From the NCBI RefSeq assembly GCF_000019605.1, contig NC_010482.1, positions 750,001-782,000 on the forward strand: a DNA stretch of 32,000 bases. Direction: 5' to 3'. Shown piece after piece: positions 1-7,767 of the stretch; positions within the stretch are counted from its first letter, which is position 1; each line of letters starts with the position of its first letter. This DNA is from Candidatus Korarchaeum cryptofilum OPF8. GTDB lineage: Archaea; Korarchaeota; Korarchaeia; Korarchaeales; Korarchaeaceae. Under the pieces are notes generated by a model. The model was not told where the DNA came from, searched no databases, and saw only the letters and a list, made by a program, of their open reading frames with translations. The position numbers were made by a program, and so were the translations under genes.

Positions 1-165
1 AGGCTCCCCAGAGCTGAGAGGTACAGGATAGTGGAGATAAAGGGAGTGAATGCAATGCCCTGCACGGGCACTCACGTGAGGAACGCGGCGGAGGTGGGGA
101 GGATCTCAATAACAGGGATCGAGAGAGTTGAGGGAGGGACCAGGATATATTACGGAGTATCCTGA
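1..165 (+). CDS. AlaX-type alanyl-tRNA editing protein, C-terminal fragment (gene begins upstream of the window)
   Basis: Frame 1 reads ...VNAMPCTGTHVRNAAEVGRISITGIERVEGGTRIYYGVS*, stop at 163-165. The C-x3-H (CTGTH) zinc motif followed by HVRN..E.G parallels the C-terminus of the complete AlaX at 13476-14180. Confidence 0.6.
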   Translation, partial: RLPRAERYRIVEIKGVNAMPCTGTHVRNAAEVGRISITGIERVEGGTRIYYGVS

Positions 166-193
166 TGCGAGAGTTTGTAATCTGATTACTAGG

Positions 194-1515
194 ATGGAGG
201 AGCAAAATCCCTGGTGGAAGGGCAAGGATCTGGTAAAGAATGATCCTGATCTGAGGAAATGGTTGAATAGTAAGATAAAATGGGTCCCTGAAATAATAAA
301 TGATGTGAGTCTGGAGCCGTTCTCCCTGAACTTCATATTCGGGCCCAGGCAGGTGGGGAAGACAACTCTGATTAAATGATTAGGAAACTTCTGGACTCCG
401 TGGAGGATCCAAGATCCATCTTCTATTACAGATGCGATATGCTCTCGGACTACAAGGAGCTCAATTCTCTCATAGGGGACTACCTGGAGATGAGGAGGGC
501 TTACAAAATAAGGACATCCTACATATTCCTAGATGAGATAACGTTCCCGAGGGAATGGTACAGAGCTATAAAGTACAGGATAGACTCCGGGGGATCTGGA
601 GAATGATGTCCTCGTTCTAACGGGCTCATGGAGCATGTTCATAAGGGGAAGTCGAGTCATTCCCGGGCAGGAGAGGGAAGGGGAGAGACGCTATATTCCA
701 CCCTTTGAGCTTCAGGGAGTTTTTGAAGGTGATGAATCCTGATATTTACAGCTCCTTGGAGGTAATCAAGGGCTTAAATCCTTCTGAGATATGGGAGAAG
801 TGCACGAGGGCTAGGCCCTGGCTCGATGAAGTCAACAGGGCATTCGAGAGCTATCTTGAATGTGGAGGGTTCCCTCTGGCCGTGAGATCACTGCTCGAGA
901 GGGGTGAGGTGTCTGGGGAAGCGGAGGAAGCTTTCATCTCCTCCTTCATATCCGATATAGTGAAGCTGAGGAGGAATGAGGGAATAGCCAAGAGGATCCT
1001 GAAAGCTGTCTTGGAGAAGCTCCCATCGTCGATCAGTTTGAACAGCGTGGCGAAGGAGTTTGAGATAAGGTCTCATAAGACGGTCTTCTACTACCTCGAT
1101 CTATTCGAGAAGATGTTCGTGTTGAGGAACGTGTTCTTCATAGAGCCAAATAAACTTGTGGAGCTATATTACAAGCAGAGGAAGGTTCACTTAACGGATC
1201 CATTCCTTTACACAGTTTTCTCGCGGTGGTGCATGACTGAAAGGCCCAGCTTGAATGCGATCGTCGAGAGCGTTGTAGCGACTCATCTCGCCAGGAGGTT
1301 CAGCATTGGCTATTGGAAGAATAAGACGGAGATAGATATCGTGATACCGGATTTAGGAATGGGGATCGAGGTGAAATGGGGTGAGAAAGCGGAGCTTAGG
1401 GGATAGGAGAGTCGGGAGGATAAGGGAAGTGATAACCCTAACGAGGAAAGAGTTCGGTGAGAGGCCGATAGCCGTCCCGGTGAGCTTGTTCCTCGGATGC
1501 CTCGATATCAAATGA
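194..1515 (+). pseudogene. AAA_14/DUF4143-family ATPase, disrupted by at least 4 frameshifts
   Basis: The family-typical N-terminus MEEQNPWWKGKD and Walker A GPRQVGKTTLIK (frame 2) run into a stop at 377-379. The protein continues as MIRKLLDS...IFLDEITFP (frame 1) and DLENDVLVLTGSWSMF (frame 2). It then reads GEVESFPGRRGKGRDAIFHPLSFREFLKV... (frame 0, to 1406) and RRVGRIREVITLTRKEF...LDIK* (frame 1, stop 1513-1515). Confidence 0.75.
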
Positions 1516-1699
1516 GCTCCTGAAGTACGAAATTGAGCCGATTCGTTGTAGGGAAAGCATTTTATCCTCTATAAACCCGAATTTCCTCCGATTCCGGAAT
1601 AATATTTTTAAGGGACGCTTGATCCGCCCTTCGCGGCTGAAAACCTCTCCTTTCAGGATAACCCGGAGGAGCAGCTATCTGCATGGAGCTTGGGGCAAG

Positions 1700-1708
1700 T
1701 ATTTAAAA
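1700..1708 (+). promoter_or_regulatory. TATA box (TATTTAAAA) for corA, near-leaderless
   Basis: An AT-rich octamer sits about 27 nt upstream of the ATG at 1731. No SD-like sequence lies between them. Confidence 0.5.
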
Positions 1709-1730
1709 TGGGAAGGGGTCGAGGCATCCG

Positions 1731-2603
1731 ATGGAGGCATTGATATTCCCGGATAAATCGAGGAAGGCGTTCCTCATCGATGAGAAAGATATGGAAACAG
1801 CCTTAAAGGAACTTTCCTTACCCGCTCATTTAATAGACTCGATAATGAGGGAGGATAGGCAGAGAGCTATACCTCACGATGGATTGACCCTCATCCTGAG
1901 GAGGTTCACATTTGAGGAGCAGCTCGAGCAGCACCCCTTCATAATCCTGCTCAGGAACGACTTCATCGCGATAATATCGGGGAAGGACTTTCTGGAGAGG
2001 ATTAAAGAGGATTTTGAGAGGAATTCTTATGATTGCAAATCATCTTTAGATGTCTTCATGTCCCTCTCCCTCTTAAGGCTCGTTGATGAATACTACAGAG
2101 TTTACGATGCCATAGAGGATGAAATAGATGAGCTTGAGGATGAAGTATCGGAGAATCCCTCTAAGATAGGGATAGATGAGTTCAGGAGGGTGAGGGACTC
2201 TCTGATAAGGTTCAGGAGGGCCCTCTACTCCTTCAGGGAAATAGCATCCCTGATGCTTGGTAGGGGAGTGTATGAAATATCAGATAATGCTGAGAGGATA
2301 ATTCAGGAGGTATATGAAGATTTAGTACAGTTAATGGATATGGTTGAGTCTCAAAGGGAGAGACTCGCCGATGTAAGGGATCTACACCTATCCGCTCTCT
2401 CACTGTCTTTAAATGAGATTATGAAGAAGCTCACAGCTGTAAACGTGATAGCTCTTCCCCTCATCATAATAGCCGGCATATACGGGATGAACTTGATGAT
2501 ACCTGAGGCTAAGTGGCCATACGCATATCCAGCGGTTCTAATAGCGATGTTCTCCATCGCTTTTCTCCTCACCCTCATCCTGAGGAGGAAGGGGTGGATA
2601 TAG
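1731..2603 (+). CDS. corA: CorA-family Mg2+/Co2+ transporter
   Basis: The 290-aa product has a long acidic helical cytoplasmic domain. The C-terminus carries the YGMN signature (IYGMNLMIPE) between two hydrophobic helices. Confidence 0.85.
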   Translation: MEALIFPDKSRKAFLIDEKDMETALKELSLPAHLIDSIMREDRQRAIPHDGLTLILRRFTFEEQLEQHPFIILLRNDFIAIISGKDFLERIKEDFERNSYDCKSSLDVFMSLSLLRLVDEYYRVYDAIEDEIDELEDEVSENPSKIGIDEFRRVRDSLIRFRRALYSFREIASLMLGRGVYEISDNAERIIQEVYEDLVQLMDMVESQRERLADVRDLHLSALSLSLNEIMKKLTAVNVIALPLIIIAGIYGMNLMIPEAKWPYAYPAVLIAMFSIAFLLTLILRRKGWI

Positions 2604-2744
2604 TTCAGCCACTGCAGGATTAGCTCTTTTAGCTGATAAGTATTTGGTCAGCCCCTTAAACGACTAGAAGGCCTCATTTTAGCTCCACAGGATCCAAATA
2701 GTTGAGGAGGCGAAGTCATGCCATCTTCGTGATCCCCTGGTGGA

Positions 2745-3110
2745 TTAGATATTTAAAATGGCTCTCAACCTCCTCACAAATTCCTTAACATCCCTAACTG
2801 AAAGTTCGACTTCCCTCGACGGCATCCAGTTCTCATAGAAGTTCTGGTGGAGAGCATTTGCGGTCCTCCAGAGGTATCTCAGCTCCTCATCACCCAGCTT
2901 CTCAGCCAGTTCATCGGCATACTTCCACAATTCCGCATGGCTTCTGAGCTCCCTGCCCTCTTTAGCAGCTAGGACTTTGAGCATTTGAGAAGCTGCAACC
3001 CATGCTTTCTCGGATGCCTGAACATAATCCTTCCTCGCTAGGAAATCTTCAGCTTCCTTCATGTAATTCTCGCATAGCTTTAAGTGAAGCTCGACATCGG
3101 CCTCTGGCAT
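2745..3110 (-). CDS. PaREP1-family protein (HEPN-like helical protein)
   Basis: The 121-aa product contains YMKEAEDFLARKDYVQASEKAW.AASQ..K..A..EGRELRSHAELWKY...L....LR.LW..AN.LH.NFYE, the PaREP1 pattern known from Pyrobaculum and Thermoproteales. TATA-like AAGTATATAAC lies about 30 nt upstream on the minus strand. Confidence 0.75.
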   Translation of the reverse strand: MPEADVELHLKLCENYMKEAEDFLARKDYVQASEKAWVAASQMLKVLAAKEGRELRSHAELWKYADELAEKLGDEELRYLWRTANALHQNFYENWMPSREVELSVRDVKEFVRRLRAILNI

Positions 3111-3233
3111 TGATTTGCCCCAGAGGGACCTCAGTTATATACTTCTCCTCTGGAAGTCGAGGAAGAGCTCTCAATCCCTACTTAAGCATCCCGAGTTCAG
3201 ATATATTCCTCCGGAAGGTTTACATTAAGGAGT

Positions 3234-3509
3234 CTATCTTTGATCTTCATCCCTCCTAGCTATCGAGATAGGCTTCCCCTCTACGAGAGCTTTAGTTACC
3301 TTCCTCCTCCCGGATTCCAGGATCCTCCAGAATGTCGTCTTAGTGAGCCCCATCATGAGGGAGGCCTCCTCTATCGTCCTATTATCGAGATGGATGAGCT
3401 TCATGGCCTCTAGCTCATGCTCATAGAGTACGATAGCTTCATCAGATTGGTCAACTGAGTAATGCCTGAAGTAGAACGGGGGCCTCCCCCTCCTCCTGCA
3501 TCTCCTCAT
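3234..3509 (-). CDS. DUF134 (UPF0251) family DNA-binding protein
   Basis: MRRCRRRGRPPFYF...VLYEHELEAMKLIHLDNRTIEEASLMMGLTKTTFWRILESGRRKVTKALVEGKPISI matches the DUF134 pattern: basic N-terminus followed by a sigma-70 region-4-like HTH. The start is ambiguous: in-frame ATGs also occur at 3533 and 3659. Confidence 0.7.
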   Translation of the reverse strand: MRRCRRRGRPPFYFRHYSVDQSDEAIVLYEHELEAMKLIHLDNRTIEEASLMMGLTKTTFWRILESGRRKVTKALVEGKPISIARRDEDQR

Positions 3510-3659
3510 GATGCTACCATCGAAGCCCTCCATTTTCCGCAGATTTAAAGCTTTTCGAATTTTAATGATGTCGCTACACTCACAACCGAAGGCCCCGCCC
3601 TTGAGCGCGGGGAAGGGACCAGCTGAACGAGGTAAAAAAGCGATGTTGAAGGCGCTCAT

Positions 3660-4460
3660 TCAGGTCTGTGCTAAGACCAAGCTCTCCATATGCATTCCCA
3701 GCTCCTTAGCCCTATCTGAAGCACCCTTGATAGCGTATATTATCCCAGATTTGACCCTCATCTCCTCCATAACGCTTATCCCAGCTATAGTAGTTCCGCC
3801 GGGCGTGGTCACGAGATCCCTCAGTTGAGCTGGATGCATGCTTGTCTCCTCCAACGCCCTCACTGTCCCTTCCATGAGCTTGAGGAGCATTTCATAAGCT
3901 AGCTCCCTGGGCATACCGGCTGCCACTGCACCTAGAAGCATGGCATCTATTATCTCGCTTATCAGGGCAGGGCCGCTCCCTATCAATGCTGTTATCGGGT
4001 CCATATACTCCTCTGGCACTCTGAAGACATCTCCCAGCTTCCTGAATATCCTCTCCGCGACCTCGATATCCGATTCCCTAGCGCTCCTCCCGGCGGATAT
4101 CGCAGTCACTGATGCCCCTATTATCGCGTTTATGTTGGGCATGGCCCTCACTATCCTGGCCTTAGGGAATTCGCTCTCAAGCATGGACGTCCTCACTCCA
4201 GCTAGGACTGAGATCACTAGCTTCCCCTCCAGATGCCTCGATAGGGGGAGGAGGTCCCTGAGATGAGAGGGCTTCACTGAGAGAATTACTACGTCTGCTA
4301 TCCTGCAGGCCATCGAATTATCCTTAGTAGCTATGGCCCCTACTCTCCTCACCCTCTCTATTGTCTCATCGCTCCTTCCAGTCCCTATAACGTTCCATTC
4401 ATCCTTCAATGCTCTCAAAATAGCTGTCCCTATCTTACCAGCTCCTATGACAGCTAGGGT
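3660..4460 (-). CDS. proC: Pyrroline-5-carboxylate reductase (start codon unresolved)
   Basis: The C-terminal dimerisation motif is present: GSGPALISEIIDAM..GAVAAGMPRELA...HPAQLRDLVTTPGGTTIAG. The Rossmann motif AVIGAGKIGTA lies upstream of the ORF-track TTG (4418), so the gene must extend to at least about 4451. There is no in-frame ATG, GTG or TTG upstream (see findings). Confidence 0.8.
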   Translation of the reverse strand, partial: TLAVIGAGKIGTAILRALKDEWNVIGTGRSDETIERVRRVGAIATKDNSMACRIADVVILSVKPSHLRDLLPLSRHLEGKLVISVLAGVRTSMLESEFPKARIVRAMPNINAIIGASVTAISAGRSARESDIEVAERIFRKLGDVFRVPEEYMDPITALIGSGPALISEIIDAMLLGAVAAGMPRELAYEMLLKLMEGTVRALEETSMHPAQLRDLVTTPGGTTIAGISVMEEMRVKSGIIYAIKGASDRAKELGMHMESLVLAQT

Positions 4461-4514
4461 CTGCCTACTCGAGTCGAGGAACTGAATCGACCATACGGCT
4501 TCGGGAAATGCCCC

Positions 4515-4521
4515 TATATAA
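4515..4521. promoter_or_regulatory. Palindromic TATATAA/TTATATA box in the divergent proC / PE-domain intergenic region
   Basis: CCCTATATAAGCTTTT reads as a TATA box on both strands. It lies about 24 nt from an out-of-frame ATG (4494, minus strand) and about 45 nt from the ATG at 4566 (plus strand). Confidence 0.45.
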
Positions 4522-4565
4522 GCTTTTCTAGCGAATGGTATTATTAGCTAGAGTCAAGTAAGCTC

Positions 4566-4919
4566 ATGCCCAGGTTCGTTGTACAGGAGCATCACGCTAG
4601 GAGGCTCCACTGGGACTTGAGGCTGGAGATGGATAATGTTTTGAAATCCTGGGCCCTGCCCAAGGGCGTCCCCGAGAAGAGGGGAGTCAAGAGGCTGGCC
4701 ATAGAGACTGAGGACCACGATCTCTCCTACATAGATTTCGAGGGCAGGATACCGGAGGGGATGTATGGAGCCGGTGAGGTGAAGATATGGGACTCCGGCG
4801 AGTATGAATTGCTGGAGAGGACGGAAAATAAGATAAAGTTTTTAGCAAAAGGGAGGAAAATGAATGGAGAATACGTACTCATAAAGACGAAGGTAGGATG
4901 GCTGTTGATGAAGGCTTGA
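4566..4919 (+). CDS. Stand-alone LigD-type 3'-phosphoesterase (PE) domain protein
   Basis: The 117-aa product carries RFVVQEHHARRLHWDLRLE...VLKSWALPKG.P, the canonical LigD PE motif (FV.Q.H.A..LH.DLRLE, SWA.PKG). Confidence 0.85.
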   Translation: MPRFVVQEHHARRLHWDLRLEMDNVLKSWALPKGVPEKRGVKRLAIETEDHDLSYIDFEGRIPEGMYGAGEVKIWDSGEYELLERTENKIKFLAKGRKMNGEYVLIKTKVGWLLMKA

Positions 4920-4955
4920 TCTTAACAATAGTTAAAAATAAGGAGCTTCAGCTAA

Positions 4956-6017
4956 TTGGGGGAGATCTTGTTAACGGAGGATGAGATAGACCGTTACGCT
5001 AGGCAGTTGGTACTCAGAGATATAGGTTTGAGGGGCCAGGAGAGGCTTAAGAGCTCCAGAGTAGCGATACTAGGGATGGGCGGGCTGGGGACACCTGCAG
5101 CCCTCCTGTTAACGAGGATGGGCATCGGGTTCATCAGGATAGTTGATAGGGATATAGTTTCTGGGACCGATCTGCACAGGCAGGTCCTCTTCAACTTAGA
5201 CGACGTCGGATTACCGAAGGTAGAAGCTGCTAAGACTTCCCTGAATAAGATGAATCCTGATGTGGAGATAGATGCTATCGCAATCCCCATCCTGAATGAA
5301 AACATAGATAAGCTCATAGAGGATGTCGATCTCATAATAGATGGCTTGGATAATATCAGGACGCGGTACATAATCAATAGAGCAGCTTTAAGGATGGGGA
5401 AACCTTACATATTCTCAGCAGCTGTCGAGATGTTCGGTATCGTGAGCACGATAATCCCTGGGGAGACCCCATGTCTAGAATGCTTCTACTCCGGGCTCCA
5501 GGATGAGTTCCTGCCGAGATGCGCTGTCGTCGGCGTCCACCCTAGCATCACTTTCATCACATCTGCGATAGCTGTATCTGAAGCTACTAAGCTCATCGTG
5601 AGCGGGGAACCGGGCTTGAAGGGCAAGCTCCTCTTCATAGATCTTAGGAGCATGGATTTCAACTTGCTGGAACTGAAGAGGGACGAGAATTGCGGCGTAT
5701 GCGGGAGAGGCGTTGCTCCCGAGATAGAGCAACCGCTAGTAGAACTGGGGTGCGCGAGGGATGGTAAGAGCGTTTACTTCATAAACAAATTTATAGATGG
5801 ATTTAATATGGATGAAGCGGTGACTAATATATTAAAGATAGGTTCTATAACTAGGATGGGGGATCAGTTCATTAAATTCAAGATAGATGAATCGCTTCAG
5901 GGGACACTTTTCAAGAGCGGTTCTATGATCATAGAGGTCAGCGGGATGGCCACGTTGAATGAGAGGGAGATAATTGGAATATATGAGAGTATATCTAATG
6001 TAAAAATCTATCGATGA
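4956..6017 (+). CDS. ThiF/MoeB/UbaA-type E1-like adenylyltransferase with an uncharacterised C-terminal extension of about 95 aa
   Basis: RYARQLVLRDIG..GQERLKSSRVAILGMGGLGTPAALLL..MGIG.IRIVDRD is the E1 Rossmann/ATP motif. Two CxxC pairs (CLEC, CGVC) and a candidate active-site Cys (PRCAVVGV) are present. A TTG start follows a TATA-like AGTTAAAAATAAGG. Confidence 0.8.
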   Translation: MGEILLTEDEIDRYARQLVLRDIGLRGQERLKSSRVAILGMGGLGTPAALLLTRMGIGFIRIVDRDIVSGTDLHRQVLFNLDDVGLPKVEAAKTSLNKMNPDVEIDAIAIPILNENIDKLIEDVDLIIDGLDNIRTRYIINRAALRMGKPYIFSAAVEMFGIVSTIIPGETPCLECFYSGLQDEFLPRCAVVGVHPSITFITSAIAVSEATKLIVSGEPGLKGKLLFIDLRSMDFNLLELKRDENCGVCGRGVAPEIEQPLVELGCARDGKSVYFINKFIDGFNMDEAVTNILKIGSITRMGDQFIKFKIDESLQGTLFKSGSMIIEVSGMATLNEREIIGIYESISNVKIYR

Positions 6018-6280
6018 ATCCTTTATAATAAATTTTTGAAGCTTCAGTATTAGCATAAAAACTCTTTATATTAGAGGGCCTCAGAAGCTCCCTACACTCT
6101 CTAGCGGAAGGATTCCGGGGGAGGAGCTATTAGGAGGAAAAGGGATCAGAGAGCTATCGATGGGATTAGGGAAAGATGGAATCGCATTGTTTAGACAAGC
6201 ATCTTGATAGAATCTTGCTATACGCAGTGGATCGGGTGATGGAGGAGTTAATGATGAATCCCTCGGGACGCTTATTATAA

Positions 6281-7135
6281 CTAATCCAGCCTCATAACGC
6301 ATTCAGACCTGAGCAGACACTCTCTGCACAATTTCTTCGAGCAATACAGCTTCTCATGGAGGTAGAATACTGTTTGGGCCCATCCAGCTAGCCTTCCTAA
6401 TGATCTAGATGCGAGCCTCCTCACGCACTCATTTGCGGGACAGTCGTGACACTCATACTTAACGCACATACTCCTCTTAGGGAGTTCGAAGTCCCAGAGA
6501 TCGAGCTTCCTAACCATAGATATGAAGTGCCTGTCCACTGGGACTGATGTAGTATCGGCTATCCCAAAGAGGAGGAATGCATCAGCTACCTTAGGCCCGC
6601 AGTACTTACACCTCAAGATTCCCCTCCTAGTCGTCCATATATCCTCGCTCATAGCTGATGCTATACAGGGAAAAGATTCCCTGAGCCTCCTCAATTGATA
6701 ACTCCCAGCTACCCTTGGAGCAATTTCTGCAGCTTCAAATGGGTCGTCTGTCATCTCCCAGATCTTTCTGGACCACTTAATCACGTTCCCGTGATAATTA
6801 GTGGATTGAGAGAGGAAAATCGGGATCATTATGTGGAGCGGATCTTGAGGATCTACGGAGAGCCCCAGATTTGGGTACTGTGCTCTGAGTAGATCTACGA
6901 GCCAGGGCAATCCCGTCTCCTCCGAATCCAGGATATCCATAAACCAAGCTCCGCTCCAATATAATGCTTCCTCGCACTCCGTCAGCAAGAATCTCCCATC
7001 AACTCTCATTCTGCATCCTTTCTTCATCCCCGCTACTTTCACATAAGTCTCATTCGATCTATCGAAAAGTGAGAGTGTAAATGAAGGATAGAGAGTTAAT
7101 TCGAGGTCCACTGGCTTTATCTCTATCTTCTCCAA
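6281..7135 (-). CDS. HhH-GPD superfamily DNA glycosylase, Ogg-like, with a Cys-rich C-terminus
   Basis: CGPKVADAFLLFGIADTTSVPVDRHF matches the Ogg-type HhH-GPD motif (G.KVAD...L...PVD.H), with the Lys and Asp in place. The C-terminal Cys arrays are CVKYECHDCPANEC and CSKKLCRECLLRSEC. The start is TTG, preceded by AGGTGAT. Confidence 0.65.
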   Translation of the reverse strand: MEKIEIKPVDLELTLYPSFTLSLFDRSNETYVKVAGMKKGCRMRVDGRFLLTECEEALYWSGAWFMDILDSEETGLPWLVDLLRAQYPNLGLSVDPQDPLHIMIPIFLSQSTNYHGNVIKWSRKIWEMTDDPFEAAEIAPRVAGSYQLRRLRESFPCIASAMSEDIWTTRRGILRCKYCGPKVADAFLLFGIADTTSVPVDRHFISMVRKLDLWDFELPKRSMCVKYECHDCPANECVRRLASRSLGRLAGWAQTVFYLHEKLYCSKKLCRECLLRSECVMRLD

Positions 7136-7195
7136 AGTATCACCTAACTAAGTACTTCCGATACTCTGCATTAATAGGACTAAAAACGAAGGACC

Positions 7196-7700
7196 TCAAA
7201 CTCTCGTGTATATCTCGATCCCGAATTCCTCAGCTGTTTTGAGGGTCCTCTCATCAGCATGAGGGGTCACTATTATCATCCTATCGGCCTTCACTCCAGT
7301 TCTCCTACTGTAGAATTCCGCCTTCCTCATGAAGATGAGGACATCGGATGCCCTCGCATGAGACTTCTATGAGCATTATCCTTCCATCTTTAACGGCCAA
7401 ATCGACTTCAATCTCACTGGGGTGCTCATAAACAATACCTTCCTCATCCCTCTACCACCTTGACCCCGAACTCCTTCTCGAGTACCCCTTCAGCCCTTCT
7501 CTGAATGCCTCCTCAGTCTGAATCCCTCACATCGCACCCAAAGCGGATATCCTCCTCTCTATAAGATCGAATCCCCTGATCATATCCTCCCTTAGCTTCA
7601 CGAGCTGTTCCTCATGCCTATCTAGTCTCCTGAGGATCTCCTTAAGGCCTTCAACTATTTATCATTTTCTCCAGAAGAATATCTGAAGCAGGCTGATCTT
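7196..7700 (-). pseudogene. Decayed paralogue of the coiled-coil/PD-(D/E)XK-like gene at 14988-15683
   Basis: Minus-strand frames give IVEGLKEILRRLDRHEEQLVKLREDMIRGFDLIERRISALGA and GIQTEEAFREGLKG. They continue as EHPSEIEVDLAVKDGRIMLIEVS and SDVLIFMRKAEFYSRRTGVKADRMIIVTPHADERTLKTAEEFGIEIYTRV*, with the stop at 7196-7198. Frameshifts and stops separate the pieces, and the ORF track shows no ORF of at least 60 aa here. Confidence 0.6.
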
Positions 7701-7767
7701 TCTCAGGAGGACTATGAGGGGCGTGACGAAGTATAACGGAACCTCCGAAGTACAGAGGCTACATATT

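Noticed and set aside
1597-1700. Second TATA-like element (AATAATATTTTTAAGG) upstream of corA that might drive a small RNA
   Set aside because: I could not read a convincing structure, box motifs or ORF in the roughly 90 nt downstream. It may be an alternative corA promoter or the remains of the pseudogene's 3' flank.
3002-4266. Plus-strand ORFs 3002-3259, 3508-3828 and 3940-4266
   Set aside because: They are antisense shadows of the PaREP1, DUF134 and proC genes, with Ser/Leu/Pro-rich translations.
6081-6302. 73-aa minus-strand ORF in the convergent spacer
   Set aside because: The translation is Pro/Ser-rich and low in complexity. It overlaps the 3' end of the Ogg-like gene, and I saw no promoter or SD.
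6250-6311. ATGATGA ... CTGA pair resembling C and D boxes in the convergent spacer after the E1-like gene
   Set aside because: The internal D'/C' boxes are not recognisable. The 3' part overlaps the end of the Ogg-like CDS on the other strand. I saw no flanking complementary ends.
7148-7760. Possible terminal inverted repeats (AGTACTTCCG at about 7151-7160 vs CCGAAGTAC at about 7742-7750) flanking the pseudogene, suggesting a mobile element
   Set aside because: Only a 7-nt exact core (GAAGTAC) matches, which is within chance expectation. There are no target-site duplications and no transposase.
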